From: an uncultured Singulisphaera sp.
Lineage (GTDB): Bacteria; Planctomycetota; Planctomycetia; Gemmatales; Gemmataceae
Assembly: GCA_964484265.1 (NCBI GenBank)
Contig: CAZAFH010000108.1
Location: 1-27,249 of the forward strand
Direction: 5' to 3'
Length of the DNA stretch: 27,249 nt
In this document: positions 16,284-23,932 of the stretch, one piece after another
How positions within the stretch are numbered: position 1 is the stretch's first letter
Layout of the letters: each line of letters starts with the position of its first letter
Made by a program: the position numbers and the translations under genes
The notes under the pieces: generated by a model
Database searches by the model: none
What the model saw: only the letters and a program-made list of their open reading frames with translations
Told to the model about the DNA's origin: nothing

Positions 16284-17855
16284 TCATACGTCGCTTGAAA
16301 CAATACGTGCGACGCGCAAGGCGTTGGCGATGATCGTTAACGCCGGGCCGACACCGAGCGACGTCGGCATGAAACTGCCATCCACGACGAACACATTCGG
16401 ATGCTGATGCATCCGGCAATCCGGCGTGAGCACGGATCGAGCCGGATCGTTTCCGAAGCGTATCGTTCCACATTGGTGAGCCACGTGCTCCGCCGACGCG
16501 AACTGGCTGGTCAGGCAAACCGACGCGCCGGATCGCTTGAGAATCTGCGCTGTCAGCCCGGCCAATTCCTTGCCTCGCTCCAGGTCGTACGGAGCGAATC
16601 GATGGTGCAGACACGGCTTGCCGTCCGCGCTCCATGAAACACGATTGGCCGGGTCGGGCAGATCCTCGATGATGCCGACCAAGGGCAGCATTCGGCGTCT
16701 CAGAAATCTCAGAACGAAGCTCGGCAGGAACCGCGAGGCCGCCTTGGCCAGCATCAAGGGACCAGGAACCGGAAGTGATTGCACCAGCCCCATCTTGTGG
16801 CTGAACTCCTTCGTTCCGAAATAGTAATCCGAGAAGCCGACCTGCTTCACGAAACCTTCGTCCGCTCCAAGACGACGGGCGAAGATCCCGATCGCGATGG
16901 GCGACAAGTGCATCATGTAATTCCGCCCGAGGAGCGGATGATCAACACCCGAACGCAACAGCACGAGCGGCGAGCCAATCGCGCCAGCCGCCAGCACGTA
17001 CCGCCGGGCGCGATATACTCGGCGCTGCCCGGTCCCACGATCGACCGCGTGAATTCCGGCCGGATTGCCTGCGCTATCGAGGTCGAAACATTCGACCTCG
17101 GTATTCGCGTGGACGCGCAACTTCGCCGGATCGGCCTCCTCCAACAATTGTGCCGAAGAGCGTCTCGCGCCGGTCGGGCAGATATAACCAGGGCAGGCTC
17201 GGCATTGCAGACAACGCTTAGAGTCGATCGCGAGCGGCAGGCGAAACGGCCTCAGTCCGTGCGATCGATTCGCCGACATCAGCCGTTCATTGACTGGGTG
17301 CAAGGGCAAGGGCTGATTCGGAAACCCATCGCGCGGCGTTGGCAGCGGACCGAAGTCGTCGTCCGTAGTTCCGGAGACCGAGAACAGCCGCTCGGCCTCC
17401 GCGTAGTAAGGTTCGAGGTCGTCATACGCGATCGGCCAATCCCATTGATCGCGGGGAAGCCTCGTGCCGTAGCTCTTGCCCGGATGGAAGTCGTCTCGGC
17501 TTGGGCGCAGGAGCGCGGCGCCATAGAGGGCCGTGCTGCCCCCAAGCACGCCGCCCATGTATAACCGCCGTGCCAATCCGTTGACGTCGATCTGGCGATC
17601 GTCATACGGCTGCTTGTCGATGAGCATTGCCTGTTCGTCGTGAAACGATTCGGATGCTCCCGCCGGCGGAGAAGGAGAGGCTCGACCGCGTTCCAGAAGC
17701 AGCACACTTTTCCCGGCTCGCGCGCATGTATGGGCCAGCGTCGCGCCTCCCGCGCCGCTGCCTGCCACGATTATGTCGGCATCGTATGGCAATTCAACTC
17801 TCCGAAACACAAGCAGCGACACGCGCTGACGCACGCAACAGCCTGGCAGCGGCAT
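16284..17855 (-). CDS. GMC-family FAD oxidoreductase with Cys-rich (Fe-S-like) insert
   Basis: ADP-binding fold YDADIIVAGSGAGGATLAHTCARAGKSVLLLERG. Central LAAGAIGSPLVLLRSG. C-terminal HQCGTIRFG...NVFVVDGSFMPTSLGVGPALTIIANALR. Cys cluster CLQCRACPGYICP. An alternative start is TTG at 17792, after GGAGAG, giving M-PYDADIIV. Confidence 0.85.
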   Translation of the reverse strand: MPLPGCCVRQRVSLLVFRRVELPYDADIIVAGSGAGGATLAHTCARAGKSVLLLERGRASPSPPAGASESFHDEQAMLIDKQPYDDRQIDVNGLARRLYMGGVLGGSTALYGAALLRPSRDDFHPGKSYGTRLPRDQWDWPIAYDDLEPYYAEAERLFSVSGTTDDDFGPLPTPRDGFPNQPLPLHPVNERLMSANRSHGLRPFRLPLAIDSKRCLQCRACPGYICPTGARRSSAQLLEEADPAKLRVHANTEVECFDLDSAGNPAGIHAVDRGTGQRRVYRARRYVLAAGAIGSPLVLLRSGVDHPLLGRNYMMHLSPIAIGIFARRLGADEGFVKQVGFSDYYFGTKEFSHKMGLVQSLPVPGPLMLAKAASRFLPSFVLRFLRRRMLPLVGIIEDLPDPANRVSWSADGKPCLHHRFAPYDLERGKELAGLTAQILKRSGASVCLTSQFASAEHVAHQCGTIRFGNDPARSVLTPDCRMHQHPNVFVVDGSFMPTSLGVGPALTIIANALRVARIVSSDV

Positions 17856-18074
17856 CCGACCTGGCCATCAAAGTGAATATTTTGGGTTCGACATGTGAAA
17901 AAAAGCGGAAAGCGTTGGTGAAGTATTGGTGAAGAGAAAGGGATCTTTGGTAATCGAATCATTTCAATCTGGCTGTTCGATCTTTGGAGTGCGGCGGCGT
18001 GATGCCGCTTTCTTTCTTTCGGCAGTGAATAGAAAAAAAGAAAAGGAAACCAATCTTGTCGACCGGAGCATGCC

Positions 18075-19778
18075 ATGCGAGCGCTATCCTTGTTGAGCGT
18101 CGTCGTTTTCACGTCCATAGCGAGCGGAGCCGATGCGCCGCGCTTTCAAGTCGCCGTCGAAGACACCATGCACCGCGTTCGCATCGATGCTCCGTACACA
18201 GGCGACTATCCCAAGCTTGGAGCGTTGACGGTTCGGCCACACCCGGGATCGCTGCCGGCCTCGCCCGTCGTCCTCAACCCACGCAGGCCAGGCGACCTCC
18301 GCCGCACTGCGGCGCTTAGCGCTGCTCCGGGGGAAGCGGAGGGATTTCAGGTCGTAATCATGGCGACCGAGATCGATCTGGCCGACGTCACTCTTTCGGC
18401 ATCGGCTCTCGCGCTTACCGGTGGAAAGGCTACCATCGCACCGGCACAGATTACCTTCAATCAAGTCGGTTATGTCAAGACGGCCAAGCCAGGCTACGCC
18501 GTCGAACGAACGGGCTGGTTTGCCGATCCTTTGTTGAATCCCGCCAAATTCAGCGTGAAAAAGGGCGACGTGCAACCGGTCTGGGTGACGATCCGGGTGC
18601 CGCCGAGAACTCCGGGCGGGGTCTACACCGGGGCCGTGACCGTGAAGCCCGCGAACAGTGATGCCCGTACGGTCCCGGTAGAACTCAGGGTCTGGTCGTT
18701 CGAGATTCCCGCGCAGGGTAGCCATCTCAAGATGGCCTTCACCTGGGACGAGAACGCCTCAGCAGCGATCCACGGATTGGAGAATTGGAAGGCGAACGAT
18801 CTCAAACGCAAGTATATGGACGCTCTGCTCGACCATCGCCTGGGGGTGGACAACATCTATCGATGGACGCCGCCGAATGTCGAGGACGTCAAGTATGCCG
18901 TGGCACGCGGTGCGCAGAATTTCAATCTGTTCAATGTCGGTTGGCCGAAAAGCTATACCGAAGCCCAGATTGAAAAGACGCTCAAGCGGATCGAGCCGAT
19001 TTGGCAACAGTATCAGGATGCCGGCGTCGCGGATAAGGCCTACATTTACGGGTTTGACGAGCACTATCAGGAGCTTGCAATTCCACAGATCTATGGAGCG
19101 ATCAAGAAGAAATTCCCCAACCTAAAACGTGCCGTCTCGACCGGCCCGCGCGGCAAACCGGCGGACGACCATGTGGATATCTGGACGATGAGCCTGGGGA
19201 CCTATTTCGCCGCCATGCAAAAGGGGCACATCGAGCGACTGCAACCCAAGGGCGTCCAGTTTTGGCTGTATCTGAGCACTTCCGCCGGTCCGCCGCGGCC
19301 GAACTGGTGGATCGAAAGCCCGCTGATCGAATCGCGCAGCTTGTTTTGGCTGGCGTATCAGGTCGATGCCGACGGTTGCCTGTATTATGCGATCAACCAT
19401 TTCACCGCAAAGCCGACACCCATCGCCGAGGACGGCGGCGCCTACACCACGTGGTCGGCTCGATCTTTTCCCGATCACAACGGCGACGGCCAGCTAATCT
19501 ACGCAGGCAAGAACGGCCCCTTGGCGTCGGTTCGGATGGCCAACATTCGCGATGGTATCGAGGATTACGAGTATTTGAAATTACTCGAACGGCTTCTTGT
19601 GCAAAAGAAGATCGCAAAGAATCAGGCCGAGGCGAGAAAACAGATCAAGGACCAGTACGTCCGTTACGTGGGCACCAATTTCTGGATCCACACACACAAG
19701 GCCGAAACGCTGCGGGCGATGCGCGATAGAGTCGCGGAGGCGATCGAGAAACTCAGCAAGTCAACGGCCGCGAATTAG
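18075..19778 (+). CDS. Secreted DUF4091 / GH123-like glycoside-hydrolase-fold protein
   Basis: GGAG lies 6 nt before the ATG. Signal peptide MRALSLLSVVVFTSIASGADA. C-terminal block NGDGQLIYAGKNGPLASVRMANIRDGIEDYEYLKLL is characteristic of DUF4091. Confidence 0.75.
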   Translation: MRALSLLSVVVFTSIASGADAPRFQVAVEDTMHRVRIDAPYTGDYPKLGALTVRPHPGSLPASPVVLNPRRPGDLRRTAALSAAPGEAEGFQVVIMATEIDLADVTLSASALALTGGKATIAPAQITFNQVGYVKTAKPGYAVERTGWFADPLLNPAKFSVKKGDVQPVWVTIRVPPRTPGGVYTGAVTVKPANSDARTVPVELRVWSFEIPAQGSHLKMAFTWDENASAAIHGLENWKANDLKRKYMDALLDHRLGVDNIYRWTPPNVEDVKYAVARGAQNFNLFNVGWPKSYTEAQIEKTLKRIEPIWQQYQDAGVADKAYIYGFDEHYQELAIPQIYGAIKKKFPNLKRAVSTGPRGKPADDHVDIWTMSLGTYFAAMQKGHIERLQPKGVQFWLYLSTSAGPPRPNWWIESPLIESRSLFWLAYQVDADGCLYYAINHFTAKPTPIAEDGGAYTTWSARSFPDHNGDGQLIYAGKNGPLASVRMANIRDGIEDYEYLKLLERLLVQKKIAKNQAEARKQIKDQYVRYVGTNFWIHTHKAETLRAMRDRVAEAIEKLSKSTAAN

Positions 19779-19792
19779 CGGATGACTCAGGC

Positions 19793-20032
19793 TCATTGCC
19801 CGAAGATGGCGACACATCCAACGATGGCGGCGCCGATGACAAACGGAATCGACAGAAGCATGTACGAGGCTGGCCGAGCGAAGTTGACGGTGGCCCCCCA
19901 TTGCCAGCCTCGCCGTTTCGCAACGACGACGTTCGGATCCTTCGGAGCGAAATAGAAGATGCCGAGATGCCAGTTGGCTGGGTTGCTGTGTTCGGGGTGG
20001 CAATCGGCGACGGTTTTGGTTTGTTCTTGCAT
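19793..20032 (-). CDS. Small membrane protein with DUF5808-like motif
   Basis: 79 aa. ATG follows AAAGGGA. WHLGIFYFAPKDPNVVVAKRRGWQWGATVNFARP matches the W.GIFY.NP.DPR..V.KR.G.G.T.NF..P pattern, followed by one TM helix (MLLSIPFVIGAAIVGCVAIF). Confidence 0.6.
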   Translation of the reverse strand: MQEQTKTVADCHPEHSNPANWHLGIFYFAPKDPNVVVAKRRGWQWGATVNFARPASYMLLSIPFVIGAAIVGCVAIFGQ

Positions 20033-20193
20033 GGCTGATCCCTTTCATTTGTTGGGTCACTTCGATCTCTCCGACGAACATCGTCGGAACGATTCCAGTA
20101 CCAGCCAACGGGCATGTTGTGACAAACGGGCGGATAATTTGGAATTATTTTCGTAAATAGGCGTTCTTCTGTTTCCCAAAAACGGCGAACCAG

Positions 20194-20223
20194 GCGCTTG
20201 GCCATCTGCTGTTGGCCAAGCGC
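20194..20223. terminator. Strong terminator-like hairpin in a gene-free region (strand and function unclear)
   Basis: GCGCTTGGCCA-tctgctgt-TGGCCAAGCGC, an 11-bp perfect stem. On the + strand it is followed by TTTCGCACTTTTTCGGCCTTTTTTTGCACTTTT. No + strand gene ends nearby. Confidence 0.4.
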
Positions 20224-20580
20224 TTTCGCACTTTTTCGGCCTTTTTTTGCACTTTTGGGGGGTGTTGGCCAACAAGCCGGGGGGGAGAGGGGGGGGAACT
20301 GCGTGCAGATTATTTTGGGAAAAACGAAAAAATGCCTCGCAACCGACTTTGCAATCGCCTCCGTCAGCGCGTTACGATGATGGAAAAACCCACTCTTCCG
20401 AGCGTCTCCGCGGACCCCTCAAACACTACGAACGCAAAGCCGCATAGGTGTTTGTTCGCAAATCCAATCTGCTTATTCGGTGGTGCCGCGAGACCCGCCG
20501 CCGGGGATTGTCCGGCCCTGTTGGCGGATTTCGCTCTATCGAACCGAAATTTCCCGGGTCCCACCAACCGAAGCGGACAT

Positions 20581-20820
20581 TCAACTCACGCCGTTCTTCT
20601 CGTTTCGTCGCGATTTCCATGCCGCTGACACTGTGTCAATATTTTTGCATAGGAAGGTAATCGTCATCGCTGAAAAACGCTTCGACGATTGCCCCGCTGC
20701 GTCACATGGTGCGGCAAACCGGCGACCACAATACGTGCAATTCTGGCAATACTGGAAGAGTAGGAACCGTGCCCGCACACCGCAAGAATTAAGTATGGTG
20801 CGCACCGTTCCCAAGTTCAT
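20581..20820 (-). CDS. Hypothetical small Cys-rich protein (79 aa), possibly translationally coupled to the upstream membrane-protein gene
   Basis: Its ATG (20818-20820) overlaps the TGA (20817-19) of the 306-aa gene as ATGA. Contains SCGV...YCQNCTYCGRRFAAPC. A hand count of GC3 gives 45/79, which is not decisive. No family was recognised. Confidence 0.3.
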   Translation of the reverse strand: MNLGTVRTILNSCGVRARFLLFQYCQNCTYCGRRFAAPCDAAGQSSKRFSAMTITFLCKNIDTVSAAWKSRRNEKNGVS

Positions 20821-21737
20821 TCGCTGTACGAGGAATCCTCGTGTGATGATTGCGAATTATTCTCGCTCCAGCCAAACCAACCGAGCCTCTCTGAAACGTA
20901 GAAGAAAAGTGAGCCTATGCATCCGAGAATAATCGCTCCTAACCACCCGCCAATTTTGTGACCGAGATATGCAAGGAGTCCGCTCCCAATGAATTTAACA
21001 ACATAGCGAACGCAGTCATAGAAAGTAATCTTCTGTTTCTTGGGGTTTTCGTCGTTCTCACGTTCTTCGCAGTCCTGGTCTTCGAAATCTTCGTCAACTT
21101 CCTCTTGCGCGTTTTTCTTTGATAGCGCAGCAGGTCTACGGGTGACACCGAATAGTACAAATGCAACGGTCATCGAAACCATAAATAGAAAGTGACTCAA
21201 GAAATGGAGAAAATGCCACGGCGCGTAATTCCATTGGCCGGAAAAAACAAAACTCATCATTCTTACGAAAAGATTAACAATAAATGAAAGAAGTAGCGGG
21301 ATGATGAAGGATGCTGCATAAAAACCAATCACCGAAACCGCTGCGTCTTTTCCTTCTTCGATTTCCCCCCGCCGATACATAATGATCGTAAAAACGGTAG
21401 CACCAATCGCGTAGAAAATTAGCCCGAATATGAGCATTCGATTCATGTACCCCGAAATGATCCATCCGGTTGAGGACACATCACATTTAGACATGTACCA
21501 TTTTGGTGCAAGCACCTTCTCATCGGCGATTTCCTTCTTCGCCAATTCCACCACCCGAATTCGTTCAACTTCTGCCTGCTGGGCTTCCACGGCAGCGCGT
21601 GCTGCGGCTTCTTGCGCTTGTTTTTTCCGGGCGTTATCGCATCCATTCTTTATTCCACCAACTACGAGAATGAGAACTATGATGATAATAATAATCGTGA
21701 TGGGCTCGCCCTTGCGTACGTGACGATCAATTAGCAT
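20817..21737 (-). CDS. Polytopic membrane protein of unknown function (306 aa) in a low-GC islet
   Basis: ATG follows GGGGA. TM1 is ITIIIIIIVLILVVGGI, followed by a charged helical segment (KKQAQEAAARAAVEAQQAEVERIRVVELAKKEIADEK). Three more TM helices and an acidic loop (EEVDEDFEDQDCEERENDENPKK) follow. The C-terminus is a glycine-zipper TM hairpin (GHKIGGWLGAIILGCIGSLF). Codon use is AT-rich compared with the neighbouring genes. Confidence 0.75.
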   Translation of the reverse strand: MLIDRHVRKGEPITIIIIIIVLILVVGGIKNGCDNARKKQAQEAAARAAVEAQQAEVERIRVVELAKKEIADEKVLAPKWYMSKCDVSSTGWIISGYMNRMLIFGLIFYAIGATVFTIIMYRRGEIEEGKDAAVSVIGFYAASFIIPLLLSFIVNLFVRMMSFVFSGQWNYAPWHFLHFLSHFLFMVSMTVAFVLFGVTRRPAALSKKNAQEEVDEDFEDQDCEERENDENPKKQKITFYDCVRYVVKFIGSGLLAYLGHKIGGWLGAIILGCIGSLFFYVSERLGWFGWSENNSQSSHEDSSYSE

Positions 21738-21972
21738 CGTATTCCCCTGATTTCAATTATCGTTTGAATGGCCTTGTCGAGAAAAAAATGTTCACAATTT
21801 GATTCGAATCTCAGATGGAAATATTTGAGTCATTGCTATTTTTTTTTGTTTCGGGGGACACCATACTTATCTCTTCGGCCCCGGCTTGCGAGGGTGAAGG
21901 TCGGTGCCCAGTCGCTGTGAGAGTTCGTCGATGAATCGCCCCGAACCGAGCGCGGGCTCGGGGGACACCATA

Positions 21973-22139
21973 TTCATACTTCACGCGGTGGAGATTGTCG
22001 CATTTGCCGACGGACCAAAACATTTCCGAGCCGCGACCGTGAGGGAGCGGCCGACAATATCTGTTCTGGCAAGGTATCCGGCTGGCCGCTCCCTCACGGT
22101 CGCGGCTCGGAAAAACGTCAATGTCACCCGCCGAAGGTA
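21973..22139. mobile_element. 167-bp palindromic MITE/REP-like element
   Basis: The core is a perfect 29-bp inverted repeat, 22024-22052 (ttccgagccgcgaccgtgagggagcggcc) and 22084-22112, with a 31-nt spacer. The flanks continue as an imperfect palindrome (cttcacgcggtg... / ...cacccgccgaag). The element splits a motif that is present intact at 21851-21884. Confidence 0.6.
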
Positions 22140-22384
22140 TATCTCTTCGGCCCCGGGTTGAGTTTCCGTTTTGGATTTATCGACAACTCGACACCATGTC
22201 CGAACCGTGCATGCAGCGCAGCGGAGTAAATGGCGCATTTGCAAAGCCATCCACTTACTGCGCTGCGCTGCGTGCGTGGCTCGGACAGGCCGATACTTCT
22301 CTTCCGTATCCAGAGCACGAAATCAATGCCATGGACGCGACTCCCATTTGTGCAGGCGCAGGCTGCGAAAAAACTTCCCGGTTT

Positions 22385-22444
22385 TTCCGCTTGCGGCTTG
22401 GCGCTCAACAGGGCGCCATGCTGAGCGCCAAGCCGCAAGCGGAA
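22385..22444. repeat. Perfect 23-bp inverted repeat (hairpin) just downstream of the DUF1501 gene
   Basis: TTCCGCTTGCGGCTTGGCGCTCA-(14 nt)-TGAGCGCCAAGCCGCAAGCGGAA. It begins 25 nt past the stop at 22469 on the minus strand. There is no adjacent U-tract. Confidence 0.8.
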
Positions 22445-22468
22445 AACGCAAACAATCTCGCTAACCCA

Positions 22469-23932
22469 TTAACTCAGCAGCGGGATCGGTTCGGCGTTGT
22501 AGAGGTGGTAGGGCCGATCGACGGTGTCGCGCCATTCGGCGGTTGCGGGGATGCCGAGGGCCTGGTAGATCGTTGCTGCCATGTTTTCCGGTGTCTGCGG
22601 ATCTCTGGCTGGGTGAGCGCCGACAGGGTCGGAAGAGCCGATGACCGTCCCGCCGCGAACGCCGCCGCCCGCGAAGAAGACGCTCTGCACGGCGCCCCAG
22701 TGATCGCGTCCGACGGCGTCGAACACCGCCGGCGCGCGCGACAATCTTGGAGTCCGGCCAAATTCGCTGCCGATGACGATCAGCGTGCTATCGAAGAGGC
22801 CGCTGGAACGCAGATCGTCCATCAGCGCGCACAACGCCTTGTCGGTCGGCGGAAACAACTTGTCGCGCAGGCGTGCAAAGATGTCGCCGTGCGTGTCCCA
22901 CGTCTCGTTATTGCCGAGGTTGACCTGGATCATGTTGACGCCCGCCTCGACGAGCCGATACGCCATGAGGAGCGACCATCCGAAGCTATTGCGGCCGTAG
23001 CGTTCTTGAGTGCGGACATCGGCACGGGTCACGTCGAAGGCACGGCGGACGCGCGGGTCGGCGAGCATCGAGATCGCCGATTGGCGATGCTCGTCGAAGC
23101 TTTGCATCGTCGCGGCTTGTTCGAGCGATTGCCTTTGACTGTCCAGATTGCGCAGGAGCCGCAGTCGGCCATTCAAGCGGTCGGCATTCAAGCCCGGCGC
23201 AAGGGTGATGCTCGGCGCCTGGAAGACGCGGTCATCGGCGTTTGGCGGCGGCGTCTTGGGCAATTGTGCGAAGGTGTACTCGGGATAGGCGCCGCGCCAC
23301 ATCGGGTTGCCATACGGCGACGCTTCGATGAAGAGCGGATCGTGCCGGCGTCCCATCAGGCCGCCGTAAGCGCCCGGCAAGACGCCGCCGGACCAGTGGA
23401 CAAGCCGCTCAGGCAGTACGATTGCCGGCGGCAGGTTGTTGTTCCGCGCGGGCAGCGCCCCACCGACGGTCGACGCAATCGAGGGCCAATCCGTGGAGCG
23501 CGGCATGCGGTCGCCGAGAAACGCCGGCGAGGCAACGCTTCGCCCGGTCAACATGAAATAATGCCCGAGCGTGTGCCCGTTCGTCGGATGGGTTAACGAG
23601 CGGACGATCGCCCAGTGCTCGCTGCGCTGCGCCAGGCCTGGCAGGTGTTCGCTGATCTGCACGCCCGGCGTTCGCGTGGCGATCGGCCGAAACTCGCCGC
23701 GGATCTCGGCCGTGGCGTCGGGTTTCAGGTCGAAGCTCTCGTGCTGAGCCAGGCCGCCCGAAAGGAAAATGTAAATGCACGCCCGCGCCCGGCCTCGGCG
23801 CGGCGTGCTCGTCGGCGCCGCGCGTAACGCCTCGACGTGATTCATGCCCAGGCCGAGCAACCCGATGGCGCCGGCCTGGATCGCCGTCCGCCGCGTGATT
23901 GTGGGATGTCGGAAGTCATGCGGTTGCGTCAT
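22469..23932 (-). CDS. DUF1501 domain protein (sulfatase-fold) with Tat signal
   Basis: AAAGGAGACCGT precedes the ATG at 23932. Twin-arginine leader MTQPHDFRHPTITRRTAIQAGAIGLLGLG. Blocks GGLAQHESFDLKP, THGD, IGSEFGRTPR, GRDHW are typical of DUF1501. Confidence 0.85.
   Translation of the reverse strand: MTQPHDFRHPTITRRTAIQAGAIGLLGLGMNHVEALRAAPTSTPRRGRARACIYIFLSGGLAQHESFDLKPDATAEIRGEFRPIATRTPGVQISEHLPGLAQRSEHWAIVRSLTHPTNGHTLGHYFMLTGRSVASPAFLGDRMPRSTDWPSIASTVGGALPARNNNLPPAIVLPERLVHWSGGVLPGAYGGLMGRRHDPLFIEASPYGNPMWRGAYPEYTFAQLPKTPPPNADDRVFQAPSITLAPGLNADRLNGRLRLLRNLDSQRQSLEQAATMQSFDEHRQSAISMLADPRVRRAFDVTRADVRTQERYGRNSFGWSLLMAYRLVEAGVNMIQVNLGNNETWDTHGDIFARLRDKLFPPTDKALCALMDDLRSSGLFDSTLIVIGSEFGRTPRLSRAPAVFDAVGRDHWGAVQSVFFAGGGVRGGTVIGSSDPVGAHPARDPQTPENMAATIYQALGIPATAEWRDTVDRPYHLYNAEPIPLLS

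Noticed and set aside
20247-20600. Possible tmRNA. A short frame ends ...KHYERKAA-stop (about 20412-20447), and a TCCCACCA string follows about 120 nt later.
   Set aside because: There is no GGGGxUGA...GGAUUCGAC-type 5' tRNA-like end. No proper T-arm (GGTTCGAxTCC) precedes the ACCA. No 5' segment is complementary to the putative acceptor 3' strand.
20212-20932. Plus-strand ORFs of 138 aa (20212-20628) and 150 aa (20480-20932) in the gene-poor region.
   Set aside because: The translations are low-complexity and Arg/Pro-rich with no motifs. The first begins inside the hairpin and poly-T/G-run sequence. The second overlaps, in antisense, the 3' end of the well-supported membrane-protein gene.
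21811-22023. 70-aa minus-strand ORF, together with ORFs at 21904-22161 and 21981-22250.
   Set aside because: They lie entirely within the repeat and palindrome cluster. The peptides (..RSLTVAARK.., ..TVRERP..) are just translations of the REP core in both orientations.
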